From the NCBI RefSeq assembly GCF_964355755.1, contig NC_092675.1, positions 2,103,812 to 2,167,811 of the forward strand: DNA of 64,000 bases, read 5' to 3'. The position numbers and the translations under genes are program-made. This document shows positions 38,101 to 52,104 of the stretch, in pieces. The notes under the pieces are model-generated. The model had not been told where the DNA came from. It made no database searches and was given only the letters and a program-made list of their open reading frames with translations. This DNA is from Antedon mediterranea (taxonomy: Eukaryota > Animalia > Echinodermata). Numbering within the stretch: the stretch's first letter is position 1; each line of letters opens with the position of its first letter.

Positions 38101-39042
38101 GAGTAATTACATCAATCCAATTATAATATAATATTATTACAGTAAATACGTTTGTGTTTTGTTACAGGAACACCGTTGATATTGGTTGTTGCTTTGTCAG
38201 TGTCATTTACAGACTTTTATACCAGCAAAGATCAGTAAGTATATAGCTTGAACTACAGGAACATGTCAACAACATTACAATTTGATAGGAAAAACTTAGG
38301 TCTAGGAAAAATTGACCGTCCAAACTCAGAATATCTAAAATGCCTAATTTGTGACAATATTACGATTATAAGTCCTGATGTTTTTTTTAGTTTCATCGAG
38401 CAGTGAACAAATGGATGCTTAGTATTTGTTGGTATAATATATAGTATGTAATACTTAGAACCATCTTCCAATGAAATGACTGTAGTCAAAGTTGGTTTTT
38501 TTTTCAGCTGCTACATTGACGCTTCGATGACGAATTTCTTCATTATATTCGTAATTGCACCTATTGCTGTAATAATTGGCTGCAACTTCATCATTTTTGT
38601 AATGGTGATTAGAAAGCTGTTCTTTCATGTGCCAATCAGTGGTAAGATCGCTACGAAATCCAGGAATACGAAAAGAAAAAGAACTGCAAACGCTATATCC
38701 ATTTCACTTTTGTTAGGCCTCACGTGGATGTTTGGGTTTTTGCAATTTGAATATTTAGGCCTAGGCCTAAAAGGGATAGAGATAGTATTTGTTTTTCTTT
38801 TTGTTTTATTGAACTCTTTCCAAGGGGTTGCTGTCTTCATTTTGTTTTGTGCACTACAAACTGAATGCAGACATGTATGGCGATCCTGGTTTACTGTCGT
38901 AACACGTTGTATCTCAAATATTCCGCCTCAACGAGATCATGGGTCGATAACAGTATCTGGGTCACGCACAGGAACTGATACAGCGGCAGTAAATGATATC
39001 TCACTTACGGCCATCCCCTCCACTAGTAAAAGTGTTATTTAA
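26185..39042 (+). CDS. Adhesion GPCR B: signal peptide-EMI-EGF-5x calcium-binding EGF-Thr-rich stalk-HYR-GAIN/GPS-7TM; tandem paralog of GPCR A
   Basis: Exons: 26185-26252 (signal peptide), 26669-26794 and 26934-27040 (EMI: PHVC...YC...RCTAYR...YFCCSGW...C), 27470-27565 (EGF), 28200-28316, 30555-30677, 31039-31152, 31911-32033, 32286-32408 (D[VI]NEC cbEGFs), Thr-rich 33042-33179, 33451-33522, 33584-33688, 33889-33990, 34342-34470, HYR 34592-34804, 35015-35052, 35295-35438, 35900-36215, 36756-36937, GPS 37126-37275 (CECSHL|TSFSVLM), 7TM 37556-37674, 37773-38038, 38168-38234, 38508-39042. Confidence 0.9.
28391..29576 (-). mobile_element. Probable non-autonomous Helitron in a GPCR B intron
   Basis: Minus-strand 3' end CTAG|T at 28391 with the hairpin AATTCGTCA-CTA-TGACGAATT; candidate 5' end A|TC at 29576. 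Shares about 45 bp (29109-29152) with the element at 999-1042. Confidence 0.5.
29580..30240 (+). pseudogene. 5'-truncated LINE (CR1/L2 group) RT C-terminal fragment
   Basis: ORF 29690-30208: [21 protein letters not shown]...IQKMCMRCI...[11 protein letters not shown]...FWNNL, a typical L2/CR1 ORF2 tail. Confidence 0.8.
31270..31720 (+). pseudogene. CR1-type LINE 3' fragment
   Basis: [33 protein letters not shown], then a frameshifted [11 protein letters not shown]...FKNRL and a short ACAAGTAA-type repeat tail. Confidence 0.8.
35600..35840 (+). pseudogene. LINE 3'-end fragment
   Basis: [27 protein letters not shown] followed by an AATAA-rich tail. Confidence 0.6.
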
Positions 39043-39562
39043 CAGCCTTTGTCAAATTGTTAACATTGACGGAAATCTAAATTTGTAATAACTGATGTAA
39101 ATACGTAAGGCATTAATAAAGAAACACTAATTTTTGCTAACAAGTTTGTAAAAATGTAACGTTCATAAAAGTATTTCCCGCTTAGTCGCATATACGTTTG
39201 AATGCCGCCCTCTAAAGATTGTAGCCTTTCCCTCAGCCGCATTTTGGGAACTGTTGTGTACTATTGATATTTTCTTATATTTATGTGTATTGATAATAAA
39301 CATATTGAATTATATAATTATGATTAAATAAGCTATTACATTATTATTGTTTGACTTTTACAATTGCATAGATAATGAATAAAATTGACATTGGCATAAT
39401 AACTCATTGTTCAGACTACTATTTAAAAACAGATATTCGTGGCCATGTTGGGCATTAGTTGGATATTTTAATTGGCATTCTTTTCCAGAAATATCAATTA
39501 CATAAATAACTTATTGATGAATTATATCAACATTATATATTTAATCATCAAATATTAGAAAT

Positions 39563-39594
<32 letters not shown>

Positions 39595-40005
39595 CAAGTC
39601 AAGTCAAGTCAAGTATCATTTATTATCATTTGTTTTAAGAAAAAATAATAATATAACACATGATCCTGTTACGGCAGTGTTCTTTTGTCGAATTTCTAGG
39701 CTCATCCTTTAGGCTCACACCGAATCAATCAGTGTTTCAAATTTCTTGTTGTGCCAAAATGAATAAAAGAAATAGTAATACAGTACAAAAATAATGGACG
39801 AGTCCAACTTCACGAAAAGGCAATCACCTCTAATTGCAACTCTACGTACACTGTCATTAGGAAGACAGAAAGTGTACAAGATGGACAAGTACCGAGTCAA
39901 TTAGTGAATTTTAATTGAACAGTTATATTTGCTTTCCATTTACTCTATGTTGAAATCTGGAAATATTACATTAATGAATTTACACTAAAGGTATGAAGGC
40001 ATCAT

Positions 40006-40145
40006 TTTGTTTATCTTATGTCTTTGCTTGGTAACGGTAGAGTATTTAATCACTTTGGCGTATATCCGGGTTCCTTTGTTTATCTTATGTCTTTGCTTGG
40101 TAACGGTAGAGTACTTAATCACTTTGGCGTATATCCGGGTTCCTT
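40006..40145. repeat. 69-bp tandem duplication
   Basis: TCTTTGCTTGGTAACGGTAGAGTA...CCGGGTTCCT at 40021 and 40090. Confidence 0.9.
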
Positions 40146-42826
40146 TTGTTCGAACTGTATTATTGCAAGCAGAAAGCCTGTTGAATTCGACATATTGTTC
40201 TGTTAGTTACTATACTATTGGAATAGTGTATAATTTATAAAAGTTCTACATTTATTATGGGCATGTTAATTAGAATTGCATTGTTTTATCGTAAGTCTCA
40301 CGTGCACAAAGAGTGACAATAATAGGCCAATTTTTATTTTATATATATAATTATATACAAATGTATTTTTTTTTCTTTTTGTTTATGGGTCTTGCGTGAC
40401 AAGCAATCTCTTCTTGCAAGATCCTCTATTAATGGTATTTTTGTATTGTCTCATTATAAATTACCACTCTTTTCATTGTATTGCTTTACCATTGATAGAA
40501 ACTAAATGTTGAATTATTAATTTGATTTGTAAGATTTGTGAAGAATAATTATTTCTTATTATTGTTTATCATTTACATATTATTTATTTTTTTTTATCCA
40601 TTAATTTGTGTATCCTTATCTGTTACCAATTACGCTACTCAAGAATAAACTATAATAATATAATTGAAACAGAAATGTTTGAACACTTTACTATAGAGTG
40701 GGGTTGGAAATGCTAATTGCAGTACAACTTTAACAAACCAAAGAAGACCCACTTCATCATAGCTTGGGTGCCAAGCCTAATGAGAGAAGTAGAGAATATT
40801 ATACAAATTAGTTGTAACTAATGATGAGAATTCTGTATATTATAGCCAGCTGATCTGGTTTAACACCAATCCTCAATATACACAGATGATTCTGGTCTAG
40901 CTTAAAGTTTAGTATGGAAGTATACTAATCTATTATAATTACTGTACATTTAGAAGCATATAGCAGCACCTTGACGATGGTCAAGTTTGGCCTTAACGAA
41001 TTTGTACTCTGAATCTATAACTTTTCATTTGAAGGAATGTAATTACTTACATAGGTAAGATATGAAAAGTTTAACTTAAAAAAGCCGAATAATGATGATA
41101 TCATCCTTCTATTCACAAATCAGCTCCGGTACCTGCCGCTAAATGATTTCCATTGTACATATTTTTTTTTATAAAACAGGATATAAATGACAACCGCATA
41201 ACATTTATAATCAATACTTAAACCTTGGATGATAATCCAATTGACAATCCTTTGTTTGAAGTGTGCTTAGGTTGCTTAGGTCGTTGTATCATTAAAAATA
41301 CAGTACTTTATAAAAACACAGAGGATGTAATCCTCTATGATACAAATACAAGTTATTAAAGTTATTAACCTTTTTATGTATTGGCTCATGAACCCTTTTA
41401 ATTCGTTAAGCTTTGTGAATGCATTTTATCACTAGGATTGCTATAAAATAATAATGTAGCAGTTTTGAAAAACGCGTTTTTTAGAAAGAAATATTCGATA
41501 TAGTTAAGCTTGGTTCCTACTAAAACGCAACTATGTACACGAAACGCAAATAATTTGACCAATCTAAGTGACGGATTACCTAAAATGTTACTCGTGATTG
41601 CATTGTCCTATTGTGTTAACAAAAATGTCTGTAGGTCTACGATGTCATTTAGAAGTTGAATTGGGATTCAATTCCATCTTTAATTTTAGGAACAGTAAAA
41701 AATAATAGCTTAGGATGGTTTAAAAGATAGATATATAGATAGAAAAAAAAGACAGATAGATAGATGGAATATATTGTCGGAAATACCAAACATATAAAGT
41801 GTTTTGTCATGTTTTACCTTAAATGGTGTCGTTATAAAACTCAAAGTGGCTTCGATTTGTTAATTTGAATAAAAAAGAGAATTAGTAACAAAGCAAGAAG
41901 AAATCTATTAGTGTAGATAGAATAAAGGACTAAGACGTGAAATTGTATAGGAATGTACGGTATCGTTGCTGACTTTTTCTAAATATTGTTATAATAATAT
42001 TCTTCCACAATAATGTCTCATAAACGTAGGCCTTACTTTAACATGACAGACTTACATATTGTATAAATCTTGATTGTATTAGGGTTACATATTATATTAT
42101 TCTTAATAAATCATTTATGTATTTTAAATATTCAATCAGAAACCTCTTTTTTGATATTCAATAAATTTCATGCGCATCGAGTACAGATATACTGTAATGT
42201 TTACCAATAGAAACTTACGTTGAAGTGTGCACTTCTTACATCTACTCAATGGCGTCTTTATAAGAAATTCAGATTGTGAGAGTTTTGTATCCGTGGATTT
42301 AGGATACGAGCAGATGTTTGATATTATAAGACATGTGATGAGTACAATTCGCTTGAATTTGCTGGAACACATACAATATTTTGACGATATTTGTCAACAC
42401 ATCGATGCTACATCATGGTGGTATTAAACAGATAATAAGTATTCTATTTATAAATATACAATCGTGATTAAAAATCAATAATTTTTACTTTACTTCGCAA
42501 TAAAAAAATTACTAAAATTACTGACCATGGCCATGGATTATTGGTAAAGCCAGCCTGCCTAAAATGATCACCGTGGTTCAATAAGCGGAAATTATACTTC
42601 AAGGATAACTGAAATATAACAAAACCAAACTTAAGATATTTTTGTTTTAACGAGAAGCATAAAGTAATGTAAAAACAAAATACTATATAAAAAAGTAGAT
42701 TGTATTCATCAACAGGCTAAAGTAAATCAATATTTATTTCCTTAGGCCTAAAGAATAAACTAACTATGGTCGCACATGCGCAATTCATTTTCAATCAAAT
42801 TATACATTTTTACTTATTATGGATTA

Positions 42827-42970
42827 AGCTCTGTCTACACTATCAAACTAGTTTAACAAAAAAAGTGTGATGTGGCCAAATAAGGTAGTATCATCATGTC
42901 CATATATGGGCACATCACGTCCATATATGGGCACATCACATTCCTTTGTCACATAAAGTTTGATAGTGTA
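42827..42970. mobile_element. MITE (same family as the 19059 copy)
   Basis: AGCTCTGTCTACACTATCAAACTAG...AGTTTGATAGTGTA, internally palindromic and preceded by TTA. Confidence 0.7.
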
Positions 42971-44314
42971 AAAAAGGTTTTACACTACCCAACTGTTTCA
43001 CTTAGTAGATGGCATGTAGCTATGAAACGCGGGAATAAAAAAAAGAAAAATGAGTACACATGATCTGGAAAACATCATGTGTGTTTAGCATTCCAATCTA
43101 TAGCGCATTTTGAAAAGCAATGGGGCCACAGTTTTGAGAAGCATTGAATATGATTACTAATAAGAACATTTATGTCGGTGTATACGGCCGCCGGGTACCG
43201 GGTAACGTGTACACTCTCCTATCTCGCTATGTACAGTATGTAGCCTATTATTAAAATAGTATACGATTATTCATGACATTCTAAAAACGTATTAATCACA
43301 TAGTTGTTTCGTCTTGTGTTTTTTTTAATGTATTTTGTATTAAATTGTCGGTAATTATAACATGAAAACATGACCTTGCTGATAATCATACTAAACAATA
43401 TTAATATTGGGCATCAAATGAAATGTGGTTAGGCCTATGTAAGTAAATCTAAAAAACGATTATTACAATTGACAAGTATATCAGATAACAGTGAAATAGT
43501 CAGTGAAATAATGCACTATACTTTACAGTACTGATATTTATGACGAGTATCTTTTTCTTAATTTCTGAGAAGTTCAAATTATAATGTATTGAAACATCTG
43601 ATTTACTAACAATAACTATTTACATATTTCTTTATTTAGAAATCACTGAACATGTAAGAATTTGTATGATGATGAATGAATGATGAAACTGGCTGAAACG
43701 ATTATTAATATTATGTTTTAACCACCCCCCGCCTCCCCCGGCTGAATCGTTTCATTACCATTAGAGGTGCAGTACATAGGCCAATAACTTGCTTTTTGCT
43801 AGCAAAGCCTTTTGCTTTTGCGTAAGTCTAAGAAATGAAATGTTTTTAACATAATTCTTCAAATGAATATCAATAATCACAAATTATATATAAATATATT
43901 ACCTTTTATTGATTTATACTACTTAATGCAGAAAATGAATCCATATTCTATAACAAAATTACTGGCAATTAAAAGGGTCAAGTGGAAACTAAAGTGATAG
44001 GAAAATTGATTATTGAAACTTTTGCTAACATTAAAAAATGTTCACGAATGCAAGATAAAGTTGTCCAGTAAACGACGACGTTGAAAATATAATAAGTCCA
44101 TATTTAGCACCGTATGTTTGTTGAGTGCGAACACTATGACACAATGAAACGCGCATGCAATATAAGTATTATGACCAATCACTAACGACAGTTTTAATGT
44201 TTTATTTGTAAATCAAAATCACTTTCATTGTGTGGAGGTCCATGGGTTGTTTTCATGTTTGTGAAAACCAAGCTTTATAGGTTATATTTTCCGCATTTCT
44301 CATTTTAGCTCAGA

Positions 44315-47300
44315 ATGATAATGGAAAAGGAATGGTCTCTTTCTAGAATGTCAACAGTGACATTATTTATAATAGCGCTGCTTTTTAAAACTATTGGCGG
44401 ACAGTTGAATCAAGAATGTTTTAGTCAATTTATCGGTAAGTTATGTTATTCATTATTTTTTGATGATACATATATAATTTATTATATTCAAATGTTGTCC
44501 GAAATTTCATATCGTAGTAAGCTTATATTAGAATATTCATGCCTACTTTTAAATGTATTTTATGTTGTAAATTACGTTATGCTGACTAATCAATATAGGG
44601 TGCATAATGAACTGCGCTCATCGCAAAGCCATCTGGAGGCGTAGTTATAGTTCGCGTTCAATAATACTAGTAATCCTATTTGCCTACAATAGAATGTTTC
44701 AAAACTGTTAAAATATCTTCAAAACTGGATTAGGTCATCCTCGTATGCTAATTAAGTGCTATTGTATATTATAATTCTGAATAACAACTAAATCTGGGAT
44801 TAGTTAAAGTGTACAATCTTAATAAAAACAGCCTTGTAACTCGTTGGTACTATAAATACAAGTGGATTCGTTGGACAATACATTCAGTCAAGTGTACACT
44901 ATTAATAAGTAATCTATCAGATAGACATTCAATATAAATACAAATACGAAATTAAAACAGTTTTACTTTTTGTTATTTCATTGTAACATGCTATCAATAT
45001 TCATCATCAATATACATTTCAATTGTAGCCTTTTAATACATACTGTTGATGGTAAAATCATAATTTAGAACAATTTGTCAATTAAGTACAGTGTGTTTTT
45101 GCTAAGTATTATTAAGATTAAAAATTGTAATTACACTTAACGCATTTAAACAGAAATTCATCAAATAAATAATGCATTGCCCTGGATAGAATCTGTCAAT
45201 GAACTGCATATTATATAAAAGGTAACGTGCATGCACTTACTATAAATTAATGAAAGTTACTGTATTTTACATAAATATATATGTGATAACAAGGACATAT
45301 ACATGGCTGCAGTCGCGTGCTCAAGTTAGTTTTTACCGACCGACCAACCGAACAACCGACTGACCGACCAACCGACAAACAATTTGCTCTCATGAATTCT
45401 GGCATAAGACTACGTGCACTTAATACCAAAACAAAACGGTTTAGGTGCTCGTTTGTACCTAATGCTATACACTTATATAACTCCAGAGTACAAAGGTAAA
45501 ATGTAACCGATAATTTTTATCTAATTTTAACAATTTTTAGCCTCTTAACTTTTTGTGTGTGTTTTTGTAAATTGTATTTTATATTTTTGTATTTTGCCAG
45601 TTTTCAAATCACATTTCTGTTTTTTAAATGGACAATAAAGTATATATGACTATGACATAGTGTGCTGTAGAGTCGTGTTGCACGCGACTAAAAATATCAC
45701 GAAATATTCCTTCAAATATCAAATCGATCTGTATCAGCATCCCCGAGCTGTAAGGATCAGCTCAGCATTCTCGAATCACGGATCAGTATCAGCATCAGAA
45801 TCCCCGAGCTACAGGGATTAGCTTAGCATTCCCGAGCTACAGATATCAGTATCAGCATCCCCGAGCTACAGATATCTGTATCAGCATCCCCGAGCTACAG
45901 GAATCAGCTCAGCATTCTCGAGTTACAGATATCAGTATCAGCATTCCCGAGTTATAGATATCAATATCAGCATTCCGTGCTACAGGGATCAGCTCAGCAT
46001 CGTCAAACTACACGGATCAGTATCACCATTCTCGAGCTACAGATATCAGTATCAGCATCCATGAGCTACAGGAATCAGCATCACCGAGCTACAGGGATCA
46101 GCTCAGCATCCTCGAGCTATAGATATCAATATCAGTATCACCATCCCATTCTTTCTTTACCCGTCCAGTTTCAATCCAGATTTTTGGCAGATAGACGAAG
46201 GTCATTAAGGAGTCAGCAATAACTTTGATTTACAATTATTGCCATGAATCAATATTCCATTAAAAAAAACATGAATATTAGTATTTTTGTCATACTTTTT
46301 AAAAATTAATTTACCTCATTTTATTAAACCATATTGCATATTCTCATTTCCGTCGACAATTATAATTAACAGTGGTACAATTAAAACCCTTCAAAATATC
46401 CATTATAGTCGCTTGTTCAGCATATAAAAACTTAACCACCAAACCCACAGGGAAAGTCACTTTAGCTACAATGCTCATTTGAATAAAAAAAAATGTGCAT
46501 GTCTAATTAATACTGTTCATGTGGGAATAAGCGCTGCGTATGGGAATCTTATAACTTGAACATAAGTGGTTTTATATACATAAACTACAAGTTCGTGTCA
46601 TTAAATGAGGACAATTGCTAGTTTACCATTTTAAAAGCAGAGCAAAGTTTTAATGTATTAAACAAAATGTTGTTTTCATTTTGGTGTAAATTGTTTGTAT
46701 TTATTTGATTAATCGTGTCCCCATCATCCATTGCTGCATGGTACCAGTGGGTAGGCGTTATGTACACAATGTAACAAGTTATCGTTGTTGTAAATAAAGT
46801 ACAAACGAATTTAGTTTCAATATCAAAATATTTAGCAATTATGATTGTATTTTTATGCAGGGGGTCCATTTGTTGATTCTGACACCATCATATATGAGTT
46901 AAAAACAGTAAATACACTGGCTAACGGCACTAATGTGTGGTCAACACAACTCAATGCTTCTTGGGCAAAACCATCTGGTAAGTTTCTGACGAGTCAAACT
47001 TTATTTTGTAATTTTTGTTTACGTCTATGTCAAACACCTACAAGTTTGTTAATTATAAAACGTTAAAGCCTATTTACTGAAGTTACGTAGTCCTAAATTG
47101 ATATATGTTGTTCTTCTAAATAAATATACAAAACAATTCAAAAAATGAGGCTGGAGGTGAACCAGCAGCAACCATTTCCCCCAGAAGCTTAGGTAGATTT
47201 TCCATACCAATGTTTGTGTTGTAATATCAGCTAGCCTTTTTCCAAGAGTATAAGCGACACATTCCTTACACTCATTTATATTCATAATAATATTTAGGAT

Positions 47301-50300
47301 TCATTTATATTAATAAGCTCTATACATATTTGTAATTTCAGAGTCTTACGTTGGATCGTATGTGTTAACTCTAGACATAATACCAACTGAGCTGATTGGC
47401 ACTATACCTGATTGTGTTATACAACCATCTGATATTGTCGTGGTAATGTACATGCATTTACAACAATTCATTTCATCTTTTATTCATTTGATTTATATTT
47501 AGTTGTTGAATTATAAAGAAGATGCATTAAGTATCAACGCATAGCCACTGTTCCATGATGAAACTAGCTAGCCGTAATCAGTCGATAAACAAACAACATA
47601 CACATGTTATTCAGTTATTTGACAATAATAACTGGGGCCCGCATTTAAAGCAATAGCTTGTCTCATAAGGGCTCCTACAAACAAAATATGCAAAATACAT
47701 AAAAAGTACTACTGGCCCAGGTAGGCCTATTATTATGGATGGAGGAGGCTTATAAACTATATAGGTCATGTTCAGTACAGTGGTACGCCCGCATAATACA
47801 ATGTTCAACATACCGAGAAAATGTATAGTCATTGAAATTAATCCCCAAATATGAGAACTTCAGCTTAACCAAAATTAATAATATTGTATTTGTTTAGACT
47901 GAGCCTATGTACACCAATGATGAATTGCCATTTGGATTTGACTTCAGATTAACAGTAAAGTATTCTTTATTGTGTGCATACGATAAACCTTAGAATCATA
48001 TGGCCTACGTGTTTTCGTCGTAATGCATTACAACCATCATTAATTATCAATATCAATGATAATTACCCGAATAAACAGTTTGATATGCATTTAACTAACA
48101 TTGTTGGTTTTGTTTTGCATATTTAAATATAGACGCACTGTATAGCGTAATTACTATATCGACCTCTGTTTAAATATAGACCTACTTAGATTAAAGCTCG
48201 TAGCTTCTTTTAAAACAAAAATAGCCCAAAAGAAGTCTTCCAGGAATGAATCTAAACACACAATCTTACCATTGAACAATGCTCAATAATTAAATGTAAT
48301 TTTTAAATTATTTGTTAGAAAAAGAATGTAAAAAAGGAGATTATTATCGCACATTTTCATTCAGATAATGTAAAAACATCATTACTGTAATTATTTTGTT
48401 TTGCTTTTCTTTTAAAATAACTCTTAATTGTAAAAGACCGTGCAATTCTCTTAGGTCAAAGAGAGATATAAACTGTCCCAAATAATGGTCTTTAAATGGA
48501 AGCCGGCTGGTAACTTTCCATTACTCTTATAGGTTCAAGCAACCAATTCTATGTCCACTCTTCGAAATACACTATCAAACTCTGCGCAGTATTTCAGTAC
48601 AAACGGTAAGACATACTCAAAGCCTAAAAAGTTGTAATATTATTTGTTGTTATTTTCGTCTTTAATAACATAAATGTATGCGTCCCTCCTGGCTCGTTGT
48701 TTTAACTCAAACTTTTGTTTTCTGTTTTAGACTGTTACTTAGAAACAAAAGATGTGGATTTCTGTTCATCAAGGCCTACCGGTAAATATAATATTTGTTA
48801 TGAAAAAAAATTTAAAACATGAATTATTTATCTTAGTTTTTCCATCATACCATTTCCATACATTCTGTTAAAATTCTGTAAGTTGATAAAAAAAAAAAAA
48901 GTACGTGAAAATGGAAATGGAGAATTTCCATTTTGAACAGAAATTAGACCATTTGAATTTTTAAAGATATAGGCCTATATTGTCCCCTAGAAAAATAATG
49001 TACAAAATGGCCTACTGAATTCAAAGTCTGATTTTATAAATTTTTATTTTTCATGATATTGGTGAAAAATACATCTTTAAACATTGTTTGTGTACAGAGT
49101 TACAGTATGTTGGAGCTGTTTATGATTTTAGAGTTGACTCCATATACCCCAATATAACACATCCACATGTGTTTTTGGCTAATGTATCGTGGCTTCAACC
49201 GTTGCAACTTAACCCAGAGTATGTACTTAATGGATATCGTGTGGTATACTCAGAAACTGATAGAGACAACATCGTGACGGTTGGATCGATACAACATGAA
49301 GAAGGAAAGGTAATACATTTACTGCTTCGGTTTACCGTTTTATTTTGTAAATTGTTTTGTAGGTTATTCTTCTCTGCAATAATTTATATTTTTTGATAAC
49401 AAAGACACAAATAAAATGTTATTCCTGTGCTGTATGAGTAAATTAATTTGTGTTTTTTTTAAATTTTTTTTCTTGTTTTTTTCTATGTTGCAACTTTTAC
49501 TTACATGTTAAATACAGGTCTTTCTTAATTATTGTGCAATGAATCTGTGACATTTTTTTTCACAATGCAATTTTTAAATCGCAAGAAAATAAAAAAAAAT
49601 TATGAATAAAGATAACTTTAATTTAAATCAATGACAATTTTTTATATTACAAAGTAAAATAATTTTATACTCACAACATTACACAGATTACTATATTTAT
49701 CCTGTACATTTGCTAAAGACTTTCGGCTTTACCTGATTTCTTTTTCTTCTCAACGTTACATTGATTAAGAGTACATCACAATTTTGTAAATTATCATAAA
49801 ATGTGTTTAGTGGTGTTATACGGTAATCAACATATCATTCGAAAGAAGCACTGTGTCATTAATTGCACTAAGACGTGTGCTTTTACCAAGTATCCGTCAT
49901 TTAATTGAAATGAACAATAAATCTTTTTTTCTCCTTTAGGATTTTCGCTATTCTACTTTAGTGACTGGACTTAAAGCAAACGAATCTTACACAGTAGAGG
50001 TAAGAGTACTCATTATAAGACTAGGCCTACGTTATCATGTTTCTAAACAAAGCCTGTACTGGTATTCGACCATGGGCTAGGAATTACTTTCTCAGCGATT
50101 TGTATACATTGCCTGGAGTTGCAATTTACAACCTTCAAGTTCTTTTGATTTTCTATATTTATTGTCTCAGTTTATGTAATGTAAATGTATAAATGATCTC
50201 TTGCAGAGTTTTTAAGATGTAAGGGAAACTTAATATTTTTTTTATGAAAATATTTATATATTTAAAAAAGATAACACACAAACATGATAACTGTTTATTT

Positions 50301-52069
50301 ATCAAAATGATTATGTTTTGAAATGTAATAAAGGTGAGTGAACCTCACAAAAGAGACTTCAAGTTCTTTTGATTTTCTATATTTATTGTCTCAGTTTATG
50401 TAATGTAAATGTATAAATGATCTCTTGCAGAGTTTTTAAGATGTAAGGGAAACTTAATATTTTTTTATGAAAATATTTATATATATAAAAAAGATAACAC
50501 ACAAACATGATAACTGTTTATTTATCAAAATGATTATGTTTTGAAATGTAATAAAGGTGAGTGAACCTCACAAAAGAGACTTCAAGTTCTAGCTACCGGT
50601 TCATTACGGGGAAATAAACCCTGGTTACCTATCTATTCACACGGTGTAATTCAAATGCTTTCAGAGTACTATTAGGCCTAATAGAAACTGTACACTTTAA
50701 AGCCTTTTAAAGGTTTACAGTGAAGATTTACATAAATACTGTAATTTTCTTTAATTCAGTATTACGTATATCACTTTCAAATGTAAAATAAGAATATGTT
50801 TTTTTTAATTCAGGTTGCGGCCTTTGTAAGCAAAGACGGCGACACTACATTAGGAAAATTTGCCGAAATTACGTTTGAGACACCATCAGGTAATAATACA
50901 GTAGTAAATATATCGTATTGCGTATCCAGTTGGAAAATCCAATAGGATTAATATATCACTTACTAATTAATACTCTCATCATTAGGATATTGACCAATTG
51001 ACTGTTACAAACGAGGCTATCCCGTGGGATGGTCAAAGGGTCAATGTTTACATCATAATAGGGAATAATACTTCCATTAGACTAGAATATATCAACACTA
51101 ACTAAAAGGTATCCTCAATAATAGCCTAATAAAATCTCTTTAAACAATAAGATAATAATAATAATAATTTTGATAATAATAATAAATAAATATACTTATA
51201 TAGGCCTATACTCCATCAAAAGTTAAGTGTTGTACTTTTTCACTATTGTATAATTCATTTCCTTTTCTTTCTTTTTTTTTTAAACTTATGAACGCACCGT
51301 CATAAAACAGTCGACTCCGCCTAAGTCGAATCTAATGGGACCGGTATAAAAATTCGAGTTACGCGAACTTCGACTTACAGATTTGCCAAAAAAATGCTAG
51401 GCCTAGGCCTAGGTTCACTCACTAGCTGCGCTATGGCTAGGCCTATAGTGGACCCTGCCCTGTCGCGATCGCGGCCCACGCGATGAGCCTTCTTGAATTG
51501 AATTTGCTTAGCTAGCTAGCTAGGCCTAATAAATGCTAAGCCTCTTTATCGACAATGATAAACTGTATTTTCCCCAAACAATACAAAAACGTATAATAAA
51601 TACATTTCGGTTCTTATTCGAAATCGGTATCTATTGTTTATTGCCATCTGTCTAGCACAAAATAGGTACCCACAAAACGCCGCTCAAGTTCTCAACTCTG
51701 AAACAATTCATACACTATACACTAGCGCGAGTTGTAGGACGCCGCCTATACTATACAACCTGCTTGAGAGAACCGATATGGTCCCACATTTTCCCCTCTG
51801 TTGTTTGTTTATCGAATTACGTACGTTTCATCGGCTTTTTTAACGCGTTGTTGCCGCGTAATTTGTGACTTCGACTTATACGATATAAATCACTAAAGAA
51901 TGTGTGTATTCGGACCGCAAAAAGACGTCGACTTAGACGAATTTCGACTTAGAAAAATTCGACTTAGAAATAAAAATTACACAGTAATGTATAGGAAAGA
52001 ATTGGGACTTTCCTAAAAATTCGACTTTCGCGATTTTTCGACTTACGCGAATTCGACTTAGGCGGAGTC

Positions 52070-52104
<35 letters not shown>

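Noticed and set aside
42136-42427. Short ORFs on both strands in the intergenic region
   Set aside because: No recognisable domain or splice-consistent partner exons.
45728-46142. Regularly spaced repeats resembling a CRISPR array
   Set aside because: No unique spacers, degenerate units, no cas genes and a eukaryotic intron context; it is a minisatellite.
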